Under the pieces are notes generated by a model. That model was not told the DNA's origin. It did no database searches and saw nothing but the letters and a program-made list of their open reading frames with translations. The position numbers were made by a program, and so were the translations under genes. This document shows, in pieces, positions 9,490 through 19,260 of a stretch of 64,000 nt of DNA (the first letter of the stretch is position 1; every line of letters starts with the position of its first letter). Source of the stretch: an uncultured Actinomycetota bacterium. Its GTDB lineage: Bacteria; Actinomycetota; Actinomycetes; Streptosporangiales; Streptosporangiaceae. The DNA is taken from the NCBI GenBank assembly GCA_963808615.1, contig CAWEGV010000002.1, positions 55,386-119,385 of the forward strand, read 5' to 3'.

Positions 9490-12405
9490 ATGACCGAGAC
9501 GGCGAGCAGCGCGTCGGCCCGCAAGGGGAAGGGCTCCCAGGAGCCCCAGGTGCCTGCGGACGACCAGGCCCAGGCAGCCAAGCGCGGCGGGCTGACCATG
9601 GCGCGCATTCACACCACGCCGGGCGTGCATCCCTACGACCAGGTCACCTGGGAGCGCCGGGACGTCGTCATGACGAACTGGCGGGACGGATCGGTCAACT
9701 TCGAGCAGCATGGCGTGGAGTTCCCCGAATTCTGGTCGGTGAACGCCGCCAACATCGTGACCACCAAGTACTTCCGCGGCGCGGTTGGCTCACCCCAGCG
9801 CGAGTGGAGCCTCAAGCAGCTGGTGGACCGGGTGGTCGGCAGGTACACGCAAACCGGGAAGGAGTACGGCTACTTCGCCACCGACGAGGATGCCCAGATC
9901 TTCGATCACGAGCTCAAGTACGCCCTGATCCACCAGATCTTCAGCTTCAACTCCCCGGTCTGGTTCAACGTCGGCACCGCCTCCCCCCAGCAGGTGTCCG
10001 CGTGTTTCATCCTTGCCGTGGACGACACGATGGACTCCATCCTGGAGTGGTACCGGGAGGAGGGCCTGATCTTCAAGGGCGGGTCCGGCGCTGGCGTCAA
10101 CCTGTCTAAGATCCGGTCCAGCAAGGAGTTGCTGTCCTCCGGCGGCACCGCGAGCGGCCCGGTCTCCTTCATGCGCGGTGCCGACGCGTCAGCGGGCACG
10201 ATCAAGTCCGGCGGCGCCACCCGGCGCGCGGCCAAGATGGTCGTGCTCGACGTGGACCACCCCGACGTGGCCGATTTTATCCAGACCAAGGCCCGCGAGG
10301 AAGAGAAGATCCGCGTGCTCCGCGACGCCGGGTTCGACATGGACCTGGGCGGCACGGACATCGTCAGCGTCCAGTACCAGAACGCCAACAACTCGGTCCG
10401 TGTCTCGGATGAGTTCATGCGCGCCGTCGCGGAAGGCAAGGAGTTCGAACTGCTGGCCCGTCGCACCGGCGAGGTGGTCGAGCGCGTCGATGCCAGGAAG
10501 CTGCTACGGAGCATGGCGCAGGCCGCATGGGAGTGCGCAGACCCGGGCATCCAATACGACGGCACGATCAACGACTGGCACACCTGCCCTGAATCCGGTC
10601 GGATCACTGCTAGCAATCCCTGCAGTGAATACGTTCACCTGGATAACTCCAGTTGCAACCTGGCCAGCATCAACCTGCTCAAGTTCCTCCGCGACGACGA
10701 CACTTTCGACGCCGAGCGGTTCCGGAAGATCACCGAGCTGATCATTACCGCGATGGACATCTCCATCAGCTTCGCTGACTTCCCCACGGAGAAGATCACC
10801 GCCGTTACCAGGGCCTACCGTCAGCTCGGCATCGGGTACGCCAACCTGGGCGCGCTGCTGATGGCCACCGGCCACGCCTACGACTCCGAGGGTGGCCGGG
10901 CCATCGCCGCCGCCATCACCTCGCTCATGACCGGCACCGCCTACAAGACATCGTCTGGGCTCGCCGCGGTGGTCGGCCCCTACGACGGCTACGCGCGCAA
11001 CGCCAAGCCGCATAAGCGCGTCATCCGCAAGCACGCCGACGCCAGCGACGACATCCGCCCGGTCGGCACCATGGACCGCGTGATCCTTGATCTGGCCAAG
11101 CAGATCTGGCAGGAATGCATCGAGCTCGGTGAGACAAATGGGTACAGAAACGCCCAAGCCAGCCTATTGGCCCCTACAGGCACCATAGGCCTCATGCTCG
11201 ATTGTGACACCACTGGTATTGAGCCCGACCTGGCCCTGGTCAAGTTCAAGAAGCTGGTCGGCGGCGGGTCCATGCAGATCGTCAACCAGACCGTGCCGCG
11301 CGCGCTGCAGAACCTCGGCTACCCGCATGAGCAGGTCGAGGCGATTACCGAGTACATCGCCGAGCACGGCCATGTGGTGAACGCCCCGGGCCTGCGGCCC
11401 GAGCACTACGAGGTGTTCGACTGCGCGATGGGCGAGCGCGCGATCAGCGCCATGGGCCACGTCAGGATGATGGCCGCCGTCCAGCCGCACCTGTCCGGGG
11501 CCATCAGTAAGTGCGTGAACATGCCAGAAAGCGCCACCGTGGAGGACATCGAGCGAATCTACTTCGAGGGCTGGAAGCTCGGCCTGAAGGCGCTGGCCAT
11601 ATACCGCGATAACTGCAAGGTCGGCCAGCCGCTGTCCGACGCGAAGAAGAAGCCCGCCGAGGCGGGGAGGCCAAGGCCGAGAGCCAGCCGCACGAGCAGC
11701 GGCCGGTCCGCAGGCGGCTGCCCCGGCAGCGGCCCGCCACCGTGACCAGGTTCTCCGTGGCCGGGGCCGAGGGCTACATGACGGCGTCCAGTTACCCGGA
11801 CGACGGCATCGGCGAGGTGTTCCTCAAGCTCGGCAAGCAGGGCTCCACGCTGGCCGGGGTGATGGACGCCTTCTCCATGGCCATCTCGGTCGGCCTGCAG
11901 TACGGCATCCCGCTGGAGTCCTACGTGGCCAAGTTCACCAACATGCGGTTCGAGCCTGCCGGACTCACCGACGATCCGGACATCCGGCTCGCCAGCTCGG
12001 TGATGGACTACATCTTCCGCCGCCTGGCCCTAGACCACCTGCCTTTTGAGTCCCGCGCCGAGCTCGGCATCCTGTCCGCCGCCGAGCGCACTGTCGAGGT
12101 TGCGGGACATGACCCCGCCGGGCCGGGCGACGACCCCGATCCGACGGAACTTGCCCAGTCCGCCGCCGTTGAACAGCCTGTTCATACCGAACGGGCCGTG
12201 GTACCACCCCCCGTCCAGGCTCCTGAGCCCCCCGCGCCGTCGGCTTCCGCGGGCGGCCGGGCCGCACAGCTCCACCGAGCTGATCGAGTCCCAGCAGGGC
12301 CGTACCGCGGACGCTCCGCTCTGCCTCACCTGCGGCACAAAGATGCGCCCCGCCGGCAGCTGCTACGTCTGCGAAGGCTGCGGCTCCACCAGCGGCTGCA
12401 GCTGA
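9490..12405 (+). pseudogene. nrdJ: Vitamin B12-dependent (class II) ribonucleotide reductase NrdJ, interrupted by two compensating frameshifts
   Basis: Frame 1 from 9490 to about 11665 (MTETASS...IHTTPGVHPYDQVTWERRDVVMTNW...NPCSEY...DNCKVGQPLS). Frame 3 from about 11665 to about 12200 (RPVRRRLP..FSVAGAEGYMTASSYPDDGIGEVFLKLGKQGSTLAG). Frame 1 again to 12405 (HSSTELIESQQG..CLTCGTKMRPAGSCYVCEGCGSTSGCS). The total length of 2916 nt is a multiple of 3. Confidence 0.9.
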
Positions 12406-12499
12406 CTCCCCGAAGTGATCCGGTCAAACCGGAACACAGCGCATCGGTGATGGTGAAGGCACTGTTATTTCAGCATAGGGTCCGGCCCTGAAGGACGGA

Positions 12500-12760
12500 C
12501 CGCCCGGGGCAGCTGGGCTGTCCACGAACATCAGCGGGCAGCTCAGCGCCGCCAGTTCCGCGGCGCTGTCCGACGAGGCTAGCTCGCGCATGATCGGTTC
12601 GGCGCGATCACGCCGCCGGAGCGCGGCACGCCAGCCTGCGTCCGCAGCACGGCGGCGGGATCGGCACATACATCAACACCAGCCGCCCGGTGATCGCGTC
12701 GAAGGGCCCGTCAGGCGCTGGGTCATGGATATCACCGGGAACGAACCGGACGTTGGATAG
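12500..12760 (-). pseudogene. Class I SAM-dependent methyltransferase fragment (degraded)
   Basis: The minus strand reads FDAITGRLVLMYVP, then shifted frames give DPAAVLR..GGVIA-like residues. There is no intact ORF. Confidence 0.3.
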
Positions 12761-12896
12761 GCCACGCGACCCGGAGCCAGCTACCTAGACGCTGCGCGCC
12801 GCGCGACATCGGGTGACTCAGGTGTACAGCCGCTGAAAGACCCCGGCCTGGCCTCGCCGCTGAACTCCTACGTGGCCCTTGAACCGACAGGAATTT

Positions 12897-12917
12897 CTGT
12901 CTAGACTGTCTAGATAG
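12897..12917. promoter_or_regulatory. Putative toxin-antitoxin operator
   Basis: CTGTCTAGA direct repeat (x2) containing the palindrome GTCTAGAC. It lies about 15 nt upstream of the antitoxin ATG and next to RBS GGAGG (12922-12926). Confidence 0.35.
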
Positions 12918-12931
12918 AAGTGGAGGCTACG

Positions 12932-13194
12932 ATGCGCGATCGCTGGCAGTTGCAAGAAGCCAAGCAGCGCTTCAGCGAGACTCATCAGGTCGGTCGAGGC
13001 TGATGGACCGCAGGGTCGTCACCAGGCACGGCGAGGACGTGGCGGTTGTCATCAGCATCGCCGAGTACAGGCATCTGCGCCACGAGGGGGAGAACTTCAA
13101 AGTATTCCTGCAGTCCGCTCCCGACCTGGACCTGGAGATAAGCCGACCGGTGCAGCCCGCCCGACTTGTCGAAAGCATGGGCGAGGAAGAGTGA
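12932..13194 (+). pseudogene. Type II antitoxin, Phd/YefM family, reading frame interrupted
   Basis: MRDRWQLQEAKQRFSE (12932 onward) stops at TGA 13001. LIRSVEADGPQ is readable in the next frame. VVTRHGEDVAVVISIAEYRHL continues in the 13003..13194 ORF. The stop overlaps the toxin start. Confidence 0.6.
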
Positions 13195-13673
13195 GCTACC
13201 TCCTTGACACCAACGTGGTGTCCGAGATCAGGAAGAACAAGCCCGACCCAGGTGTCTCTGCCTGGTTCGCTTCGGTACCAGACGATGAACTGTTCCTGAG
13301 CGTGCTGGTAGTCGGCGAGATCAGGCAGGGCATCGAGAGACTCGCCCGGCGAGAGATGGCTCAAGCAGAGATCTTTGAACAGTGGCTCGGCCGACTGGTT
13401 CACGCCTACGGCGACCGCATCGTCCCTATCACCGCCCGCGTTGCCGAGGCATGGGGGCGCCTCAATGTCCCTGACCCCGTGCCAGTGGTTGACGGCCTGA
13501 TGGCGGCAACTGCACTCGTATATGACTGGACCCTGGTCACACGCAATGTGAACGACGTCGCATCTACCGGTGTGCGCCTCCTGGATCCGTTCGCCAGAGA
13601 GTCAGGCAGGGGAATAGCGCACAAATCGGATACGGGCACTCTGCCAGTATTCCGGGCCGGAGCATTTGCCTAG
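13191..13673 (+). CDS. vapC: Type II toxin, PIN-domain VapC/FitB-like ribonuclease
   Basis: MSYLLDTNVVSEIRK...VVGEIRQGIE...DGLMAATALVYDWTLVTRNVNDV carries the PIN acidic residues. There is a 4-nt overlap with the antitoxin. Confidence 0.8.
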   Translation: MSYLLDTNVVSEIRKNKPDPGVSAWFASVPDDELFLSVLVVGEIRQGIERLARREMAQAEIFEQWLGRLVHAYGDRIVPITARVAEAWGRLNVPDPVPVVDGLMAATALVYDWTLVTRNVNDVASTGVRLLDPFARESGRGIAHKSDTGTLPVFRAGAFA

Positions 13674-13894
13674 CGGTGACGGGCAGATCAACTTGTCACC
13701 TGCTTTCGGTCTCGCCTGTGGCGGCTCTAGCTTCCAAGTAGGGTCGTCGCAGCAAGTCTCTGCATTACCTGGCGTTCGACTAGGCGCCAGCCGTCATTGC
13801 TAGGCACGCCTGTGCCGCAAGGCCATACACCAGTCAGTAGAATCTCGATTGGCGCTGAGAGGGGAAATTCCCACCGCAGCCACTCGGGGTCCGC

Positions 13895-15098
13895 TCAGTC
13901 GCGCTGGCTGGTCCAGACCCGGAGGTGGGCGGGTTCCAGTGCCGTCTGCACCACGCTGGCTAGGTCGTCGCGGACGGTGTCCAGGTCGACGGCGTCCTTG
14001 AGCCGGGCCGCGAACGCCGCCACGGTGTGGCCTCGGCGTCATCCCGGGCGCGGTTGAACCGCCGGTCCACCATCCGCTGCACCCGCAGCCGGATGGGGCT
14101 GAACAGGGCCGCCGCGGCCAGGGTGGCGGCGGCGACCGCGACCGGGGTGTGCAGGCCAAGGACCTGGGTGGCCAGCAGCACCAGCCCGGCGTAGACCCCG
14201 GCCAGCAGGCCGGTGACGATGGCGTAGCCCAGCGTCCGGGAGATGGACCCGGTCGATGTCATTGCAGCGGGTACTTCACCACGGCGACCGCGACCGCGGC
14301 CGGGACGCGCCAGCACGGCGGCGAAGGCCGCGCCTGCTGGGCGATCCGGGCCGGGGTGCCCCTGGGGTCAGCGACAGGGCGACCGCGGGCACTAGGGCCA
14401 GGGCCACCAGGCAGCCGGGTGTAGGCGAGCCACTTGATCTGGTGCCGCTGCACCGCGGTGCCCCGCCGACTGCGCACCGCCAGCGACCACGCCGCGAGCA
14501 CCGCGCAGCCCAGCAGCCCCGGCCAGCCCGGCCGCGACCGCGTCGAACGGCACCGCCGCCGGGGTCGATCCCGAGCGGATTGCGCAGCCGGGGCAGGTTG
14601 GGCCGGTCCGGGGCCGGGCAGAGAACGCCAGGCCCGGCGGTCGCGATGAGTGCGAAGGCGCCGCGGCCAGCCAGCCGACCGGCCGCCACCGCGGTGAGGG
14701 CAGGTGCCCGTCGGGGAACAGGAGGAACAGGTAGACGGTGATCAGCGCGATCAGCGGGACCCAGATCCACAGCTGCACCCACCCGGCGTACTCGGCGGCG
14801 GGCAGATGACGGCGGCCTGCCGACCCCGCCAGCCCGTACTCGATGGTGGCGAAGTTCAGCGCGCTCACCAGTCCGGCCCCGGCCAAGATCCAGCCGACCG
14901 GGTGGCCGGGGTGGCGCCAGGTCAGCAGGGCGCCTACGCCGCCGAGACAGACCGCGAACACGCCGTCGAACCCGCGGATGCCGAAAAAGCCACCGGCACC
15001 GGGGCCGACCAGTCCCAGGCCAGCAGCGCCAGGCCGGCCGCGGCGACCACCAGCGTGACGGCCCACAGCAGCCATGCTGACCCGCGCGCCCAGCGCAT
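13895..15098 (-). pseudogene. Polytopic membrane protein with conserved C-terminal VDRRFNRxRYDA-type module, multiply frameshifted
   Basis: Pieces lie in at least 4 frames. They are MRWARGSAWLLWAVTLVVAAAGLALL, then GFFGIRGFDGVFAVCLGGVGALLTWRHPGHPVGWILAG...LFLLFPDGHLPSPRWRP, then ISRTLGYAIVTGLLAGVYAGLVLLATQVLG...RVQRMVDRRFNRAR. The last piece, TVAAFAARLKDAVDLDTVRDDLASVVQTALEPAHLRVWTSQRD, runs to the stop. Confidence 0.5.
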
Positions 15099-15229
15099 CG
15101 CACGAACGTCGCTCACTGATGCCTCCAGCACGGTAAGGGGGGCAGCGGCCTTACCTGCGACTGCATCGAGGCACCGGTGGCTTCCGCCCTGTCTCCGGAC
15201 CCGCAGGCCGCACCGACGCGTGCGGCAGG

Positions 15230-15727
15230 TCATGAACGGACCGCGTCAGGTACGGCGTCTAGTTCGATCGGCGGCCCGACGATGCGGCCGGGATCGCAGG
15301 CCCAGATGGCCGCGAGCCGCTCCGGGTCTGGTGGCCCCTGCAGCTGGGCGAAGTAGGCGCCCTGCGCGGCGAAGAACTCCTCGATCCCGCCCGGCACGGC
15401 GCCCCCGACCAGGTGCACCGGGCTGGCGGAGACGTTGGCGAAGGCGTGCGGGACCTGCCGGGGCAGCCAGGTGAAACAGCCCGGGCCCAGATCATGCCGC
15501 TGCTCGCCCGCCTGGACCAGCAGGTGGCCGTCGATCACGTACAAGAACTCGTCGTCCCCGTGGTGGACGTGCAGCGCCGGACCCGGGGTCCGTGGTGGCA
15601 TCACTTGCTCACAGAAGGTGAACAGGCCGCCGGTGTCAGCCGCTCCGGCCTTGATCGCCGGGATGCTGCCCGGGTGGCTGCGGGCCTGGCCCACCGGCAG
15701 GACATATGGTGCTGCTCGCTGTTCCAT
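15230..15727 (-). CDS. Cupin domain-containing protein
   Basis: Cupin motifs LHVHHGDDEFLYVIDGHL and LPRQVPHAFANV. ATG at 15727 is preceded by AAGGAGG. Confidence 0.8.
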   Translation of the reverse strand: MEQRAAPYVLPVGQARSHPGSIPAIKAGAADTGGLFTFCEQVMPPRTPGPALHVHHGDDEFLYVIDGHLLVQAGEQRHDLGPGCFTWLPRQVPHAFANVSASPVHLVGGAVPGGIEEFFAAQGAYFAQLQGPPDPERLAAIWACDPGRIVGPPIELDAVPDAVRS

Positions 15728-15736
15728 GAGAACCTC

Positions 15737-15787
15737 CTTGACAGGTGTCAAGCGCCAGCCTAGGTGCTATACTTGACAGGTGTCAAG
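15737..15787. promoter_or_regulatory. Two copies of the 16-bp palindrome CTTGACAGGTGTCAAG (putative TetR operator pair)
   Basis: Identical copies at 15737-15752 and 15772-15787 in the divergent cupin/TetR intergenic region. A half-site AGGTGTCAAG recurs at 16408-16417. Confidence 0.6.
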
Positions 15788-16409
15788 CACGAGGGCGCGG
15801 ATTCTCGATACCGCCCGGGAGATCATCGAAAAGCAGGGCACCGTCCCTACCATGTCGGCGCTGGCCCGCACGGTGGGCATCTCCCGGCAGGCGCTGTACC
15901 TGCACTTCCCCGACCGCGCCCAGCTGCTGCTAGCCCTGGTGGCGCACGTTGACGCGAAGGAGCAGCTCCCGGCCGGCATCGCCGCCGTCACCCAGGCCGC
16001 CGACGCCGCCGCGGCGATCCGGGCCGCGGTTCACTTGCAGACCTGGCACAACCCCAAGATCGCGGCACTGGCCCGGGCCCTGGACGAGACCCGGCACGCC
16101 GACCCGGCCGCGGCTGCCGCCTGGGCCGACCGAACCGGCGACCGCATGCGCGGCGCTACCTTCATCGTCGAGCGGCTGCGCGCCGAAGGGCGGCTCGACC
16201 CGACCTGGACCATCACCGAGGCGGCCGCCCTGCTGTGGGAGCTGATCTCATTCCATGTCTGGGACGACCTGGTCAACGACGCCCAGATCCCGCCCGACCG
16301 CTACATCGAGATCATCACCGCGGCCGCACTCAGCGCGCTCGGCGTCCCCGTACGCCGTAGGCCAGCCACAAGGACACGCCGGCCAGCCACAAGGACACCT
16401 AAGTACTAG
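15780..16409 (+). CDS. TetR/AcrR family transcriptional regulator
   Basis: RARILDTAREIIEKQGTVPTMSALARTVGISRQALYLHFPDRAQLL helix-turn-helix. The GTG start lies inside the second operator copy. Confidence 0.9.
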   Translation: MSSTRARILDTAREIIEKQGTVPTMSALARTVGISRQALYLHFPDRAQLLLALVAHVDAKEQLPAGIAAVTQAADAAAAIRAAVHLQTWHNPKIAALARALDETRHADPAAAAAWADRTGDRMRGATFIVERLRAEGRLDPTWTITEAAALLWELISFHVWDDLVNDAQIPPDRYIEIITAAALSALGVPVRRRPATRTRRPATRTPKY

Positions 16410-16412
16410 GTG

Positions 16413-16690
16413 TCAAGTACGTCTGCGCTCCGTCCGGGAATCTTCAGGCCGCCTCGGGCCGGGCGTCCTGGCCGGGACCCAGGCGAGCTTGCCGTCGGCA
16501 AAGGTCGCTCCGGCGCGGACGAGCGCGACCAGGTGCGGGGCGTCGACCATGCGCCAGCGGCGCTGCGCGGACTCGATGAGCTTGAACGCCATGGCCAGCC
16601 CGGCGGCCTTCGAGCCGTGCCCCTTGGTGACCTTGGTCCGGAGCCTGACGGCAGCCCAGGAAACGGTATGGCCGATACGAGTTCTAGCCG
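16413..16690 (-). mobile_element. IS256-family transposase, C-terminal remnant only
   Basis: The minus strand reads AAVRLRTKVTKGHGSKAAGLAMAFKLIESAQRRWRMVDAPHLVALVRAGATFADGKL, the conserved IS256 transposase C-terminus. There is no N-terminal or catalytic part and no inverted repeats were seen. Confidence 0.55.
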
Positions 16691-16842
16691 AGGCGGCTCA
16701 GAGATCTCGCCGAACAGCCGCATGCCTGTACCGGCCAAATACGGGAAGACCGAGATGCGCTATTCACCAACGAGGTCGTGCTCGATGAGCGACATCCAGA
16801 CGCCGACGCCGCCGTGGGCGACGACGGCACATGGGCCGGATT

Positions 16843-17322
16843 CCTAGGCCAGGCACTTGGCGAGGCTGTCGCGCATCTCGCTCGTGCCCCCTTGGCGCAG
16901 CCGCGATGCGTCCTTCCCCGTCAAAGCCGTCGAGGTAGGCGCCCTGCTCAGTCCAGGTCAGCCTCGTGCTGTCATCCATCTCGACGAACTCGATCGTGGC
17001 GATGGAAACCGAGATGCGCGGCACTGTCGGCGTACATCTCGTAGCTGTAGACAAAGCCGCTGGCCGGGCACGATGTCGTAGTAGATAGCGTCGTACGTGT
17101 AGCTGACGCCTTGGTAGATGTGGCCGAACCGCTCGTGCCCGCCGATCCGGAAGTCGAACTCGACGCGGACGGTGGCGGGGCTCGGCCTCAGCCATGTCTC
17201 CTGTGTCGCCCCAGGCGTCCTTGGCTTCACGGGATGCGAACGCCGCGAACACGCGTGACGGGGCTAGCCGGGTATGTCCGCTCGATCACGAACGTGTCGT
17301 GGATGACGGAACGCTCTGTCAT
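16843..17322 (-). pseudogene. SRPBCC (AHSA1/START-like) family protein, multiply frameshifted
   Basis: The pieces are [40 protein letters not shown], then VRVEFDFRIGGHERFGHIYQGVSYTYDAIYYDIVPGQRL and VYSYEMYAD. They continue with ISVSIATIEFVEMDDSTRLTWTEQGAYLDGFDG and DASRLRQGGTSEMRDSLAKCLA. Together they occupy at least 4 frames. Confidence 0.6.
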
Positions 17323-17337
17323 GGTTTCCCTCCTGGT

Positions 17338-17728
17338 TCATTCCGGAGTAGGCGGTGCAGCTGGACCGGTCTGCCCGCTGCCGGCTGGTCGGCGGTACTG
17401 GGCCAGGTACTCGCCAAGTCGGTCGAGCCGCCGCTCGACGGGATGTCCGGCGCTCGGAGATCCAGCGCTCGGCCGACCGCAGGGTCCCCGCGTTAAGGCT
17501 GCAGGTTCGGGTGCGGCCGAGCTTCCGTGACTGGACAAGTCCGCTTGCCTCAAGGATCTGTACGTGCTGCAGCACGGCGGCGAGCGACATGGCCAGCGGC
17601 TTCCCGAGTTCGCTGACCGACGCCGGACCCTGGCTGAGCCGCTCAAGCATGCGCCGACGGCCAGGATCGGCGAGTGCGTGGAAGACCCGGTGCAGGTTGG
17701 GCTGTGGATCCATCACATTGTTAAGCAC
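17338..17728 (-). pseudogene. ArsR/SmtB family transcriptional regulator, C-terminal frameshift
   Basis: VFHALADPGRRRMLERLSQGPASVSELGKPLAMSLAAVLQHVQILEASGLV, then a frame change near 17450 into ERRLDRLGEYLAQ. It lies upstream of the SRPBCC gene, a common pairing. Confidence 0.65.
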
Positions 17729-17816
17729 ATGCTTGAGTATGGCGCCCCATCAAATCATAGTCAAGCAACCACTTGAGCATGAGGTTGATGGCGCGACAGG
17801 CGTCAGCCGAAACTGG

Positions 17817-18324
17817 TTACCGTGAGGTCCGGCCGCGTACCGTTCCGGCCTTGACGCAGGCCCGGCCGGAGGCCTTCGCGGTCTTGGCCACGAGGGAGGC
17901 CTGCCGCCGGGCCGAACGGTTCGCGTGCCGGGCGCGCCAGGCCAGCGACGGGCGGCCCTCCGTGTCTGCCGCGGCGATCAGCAGGCCGCCGAACATCGTC
18001 AGGTTCTTGAGGAAGTGGATCCGCTGCTGTCTAGCCGTTCCCTCGTCGCCGGCCTCCCAGAACCGGTGCCCGGCCATCGTCGTGGGCACGAGAGTCGCGG
18101 CGATCGCGAGCGCGGACAGCCGCGGCAGCCCGGCCCAGGGCCAGCAGTGCGCCGGCCGCCAGCTGGATGGCGCCGTTGATGCGCACGGCCTGCTCGGCCT
18201 CGGCCAGCATGGCAGGCACTCTTTCGGAGAGCTGCCCGCACCACCGGTTCGGCGGTGCCGCTGCCACCCGAGCGGGATCGCGGAGCGTGTCGTAGCCCTG
18301 GATGATGAAGATGGACGCCAGCAT
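17817..18324 (-). pseudogene. DoxX family membrane protein, frameshifted
   Basis: N-terminal MLASIFIIQGYDTLRDP...INGAIQLAAGALLALGR in one frame. C-terminal LSALAIAATLVPTTMAGHRFWE...QQRIHFLKNLTMFGGLLIAAADTEGRPSLAWR in another. The shift is near 18120. Confidence 0.6.
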
Positions 18325-18446
18325 GGGGCGAGCAAAGAGCTCTAAGTACAGGTCATCAACGGCCTCTGCCCATCGGACCCGGTTTGTAACATGGCGGCCC
18401 CGCAAGCGGTCCCGCGGAGACCTGCTTATTCCCTGGAGCGGCGGCA

Positions 18447-18958
18447 TAATGGCGGGGTGACCGAGCCGGAGATCACGATCAGGCCGGTCAGCGAGGGCGA
18501 CCGGCCGATGCTCGCCGTGGCTCGTGGCCGAGCTGTGGGGGGCGGAGGTCGTCGCGGTCCACGGCACCATCCTGGTCTGCGCCCGGCCGAGCTCGGCCGG
18601 CTTCATCGCCGAGCGGCTCGCACGCGCCTGGCCGGGCTGCTCACCTACCAGCTGGTGCGGCGACGGGATCATGGAGATCGTCACGCTCAACGCGATCGAC
18701 CGCCGCGATCGGCATCGGGACGCATGCTCATCGAGGCCGCGGCGGGCGACGGCGCGGCGGTTCGGCTTGCCGCGAGATCCGGCTCACCACCACCAACGAC
18801 AACATTGACGCGCTCCGCTTCTACCAGCGCCGCGGCTTCCGGCTGGCCGAGCTCCGGCCCGGTGCGGTCGACCGGTCGCGGCACTACAAGCCGGACTCCC
18901 GGATCGGCGGCTACGGCATCCCGCTGCGCGACGAGATAGACCCCACGCTGCCCGCGTG
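18447..18958 (+). pseudogene. GNAT family N-acetyltransferase, multiply frameshifted
   Basis: Pieces VTEPEITIRPVSEGDRPML, AELWGAEVVAVHGTIL, MEIVTLNAIDRR and IRLTTTNDNIDALRFYQRRGFRLAELRPGAVD..GIPLRDEI lie in different frames. Confidence 0.55.
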
Positions 18959-18987
18959 ACGCGCCGACCGCGCACCGGGCCGCGGGA

Positions 18988-19065
18988 CAGGCAGCCGGAC
19001 CAGGCAGCCGGACCAGGCAGCCGGACCAGGCAGCCGGACCAGCCAGCCGGACCAGCCAGCCGGAC
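18988..19065. repeat. 13-nt tandem repeat x6 (CAGGCAGCCGGAC x4, CAGCCAGCCGGAC x2)
   Basis: Perfect head-to-tail units at 18988, 19001, 19014, 19027, 19040 and 19053. The period is not a multiple of 3. Intergenic. Confidence 0.85.
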
Positions 19066-19082
19066 CTGCACCTGACGGGGCG

Positions 19083-19260
19083 CTAGGCGGCCGCGCCCTT
19101 GACCAGCCGGCCCGGCCCGACACGGGTGATGCGGCGCGGGTCGGCGCGCACGCCGATGTCGGCCAGCGGATCGGCGTCCAGGGTGATCACGTCGGCGTCG
19201 TAGCCGTCGGCGAGCCGGCCGGCGTGGGGCTGGCGTGCCGAGGTGAGGGTACGGCGAACG
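19083..19260 (-). pseudogene. Amidohydrolase family protein, C-terminal fragment
   Basis: GRLADGYDADVITLDADPLADIGVRADPRRITRVGPGRLVKGAAA is a typical amidohydrolase C-terminus. The catalytic body is absent. Confidence 0.45.

Noticed and set aside
11640-12260. Programmed ribosomal frameshifting in nrdJ.
   Set aside because: There is no slippery heptamer or stimulatory structure at either site. Two opposite shifts would be needed, and identical run-adjacent indels affect many unrelated genes.
18988-19065. Possible CRISPR array (also considered for 6804-6873, 40621-40740 and 44486-44557).
   Set aside because: The units are head-to-tail with no unique spacers, the periods are 13-27 nt, and there are no cas genes. 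These are simple tandem repeats.
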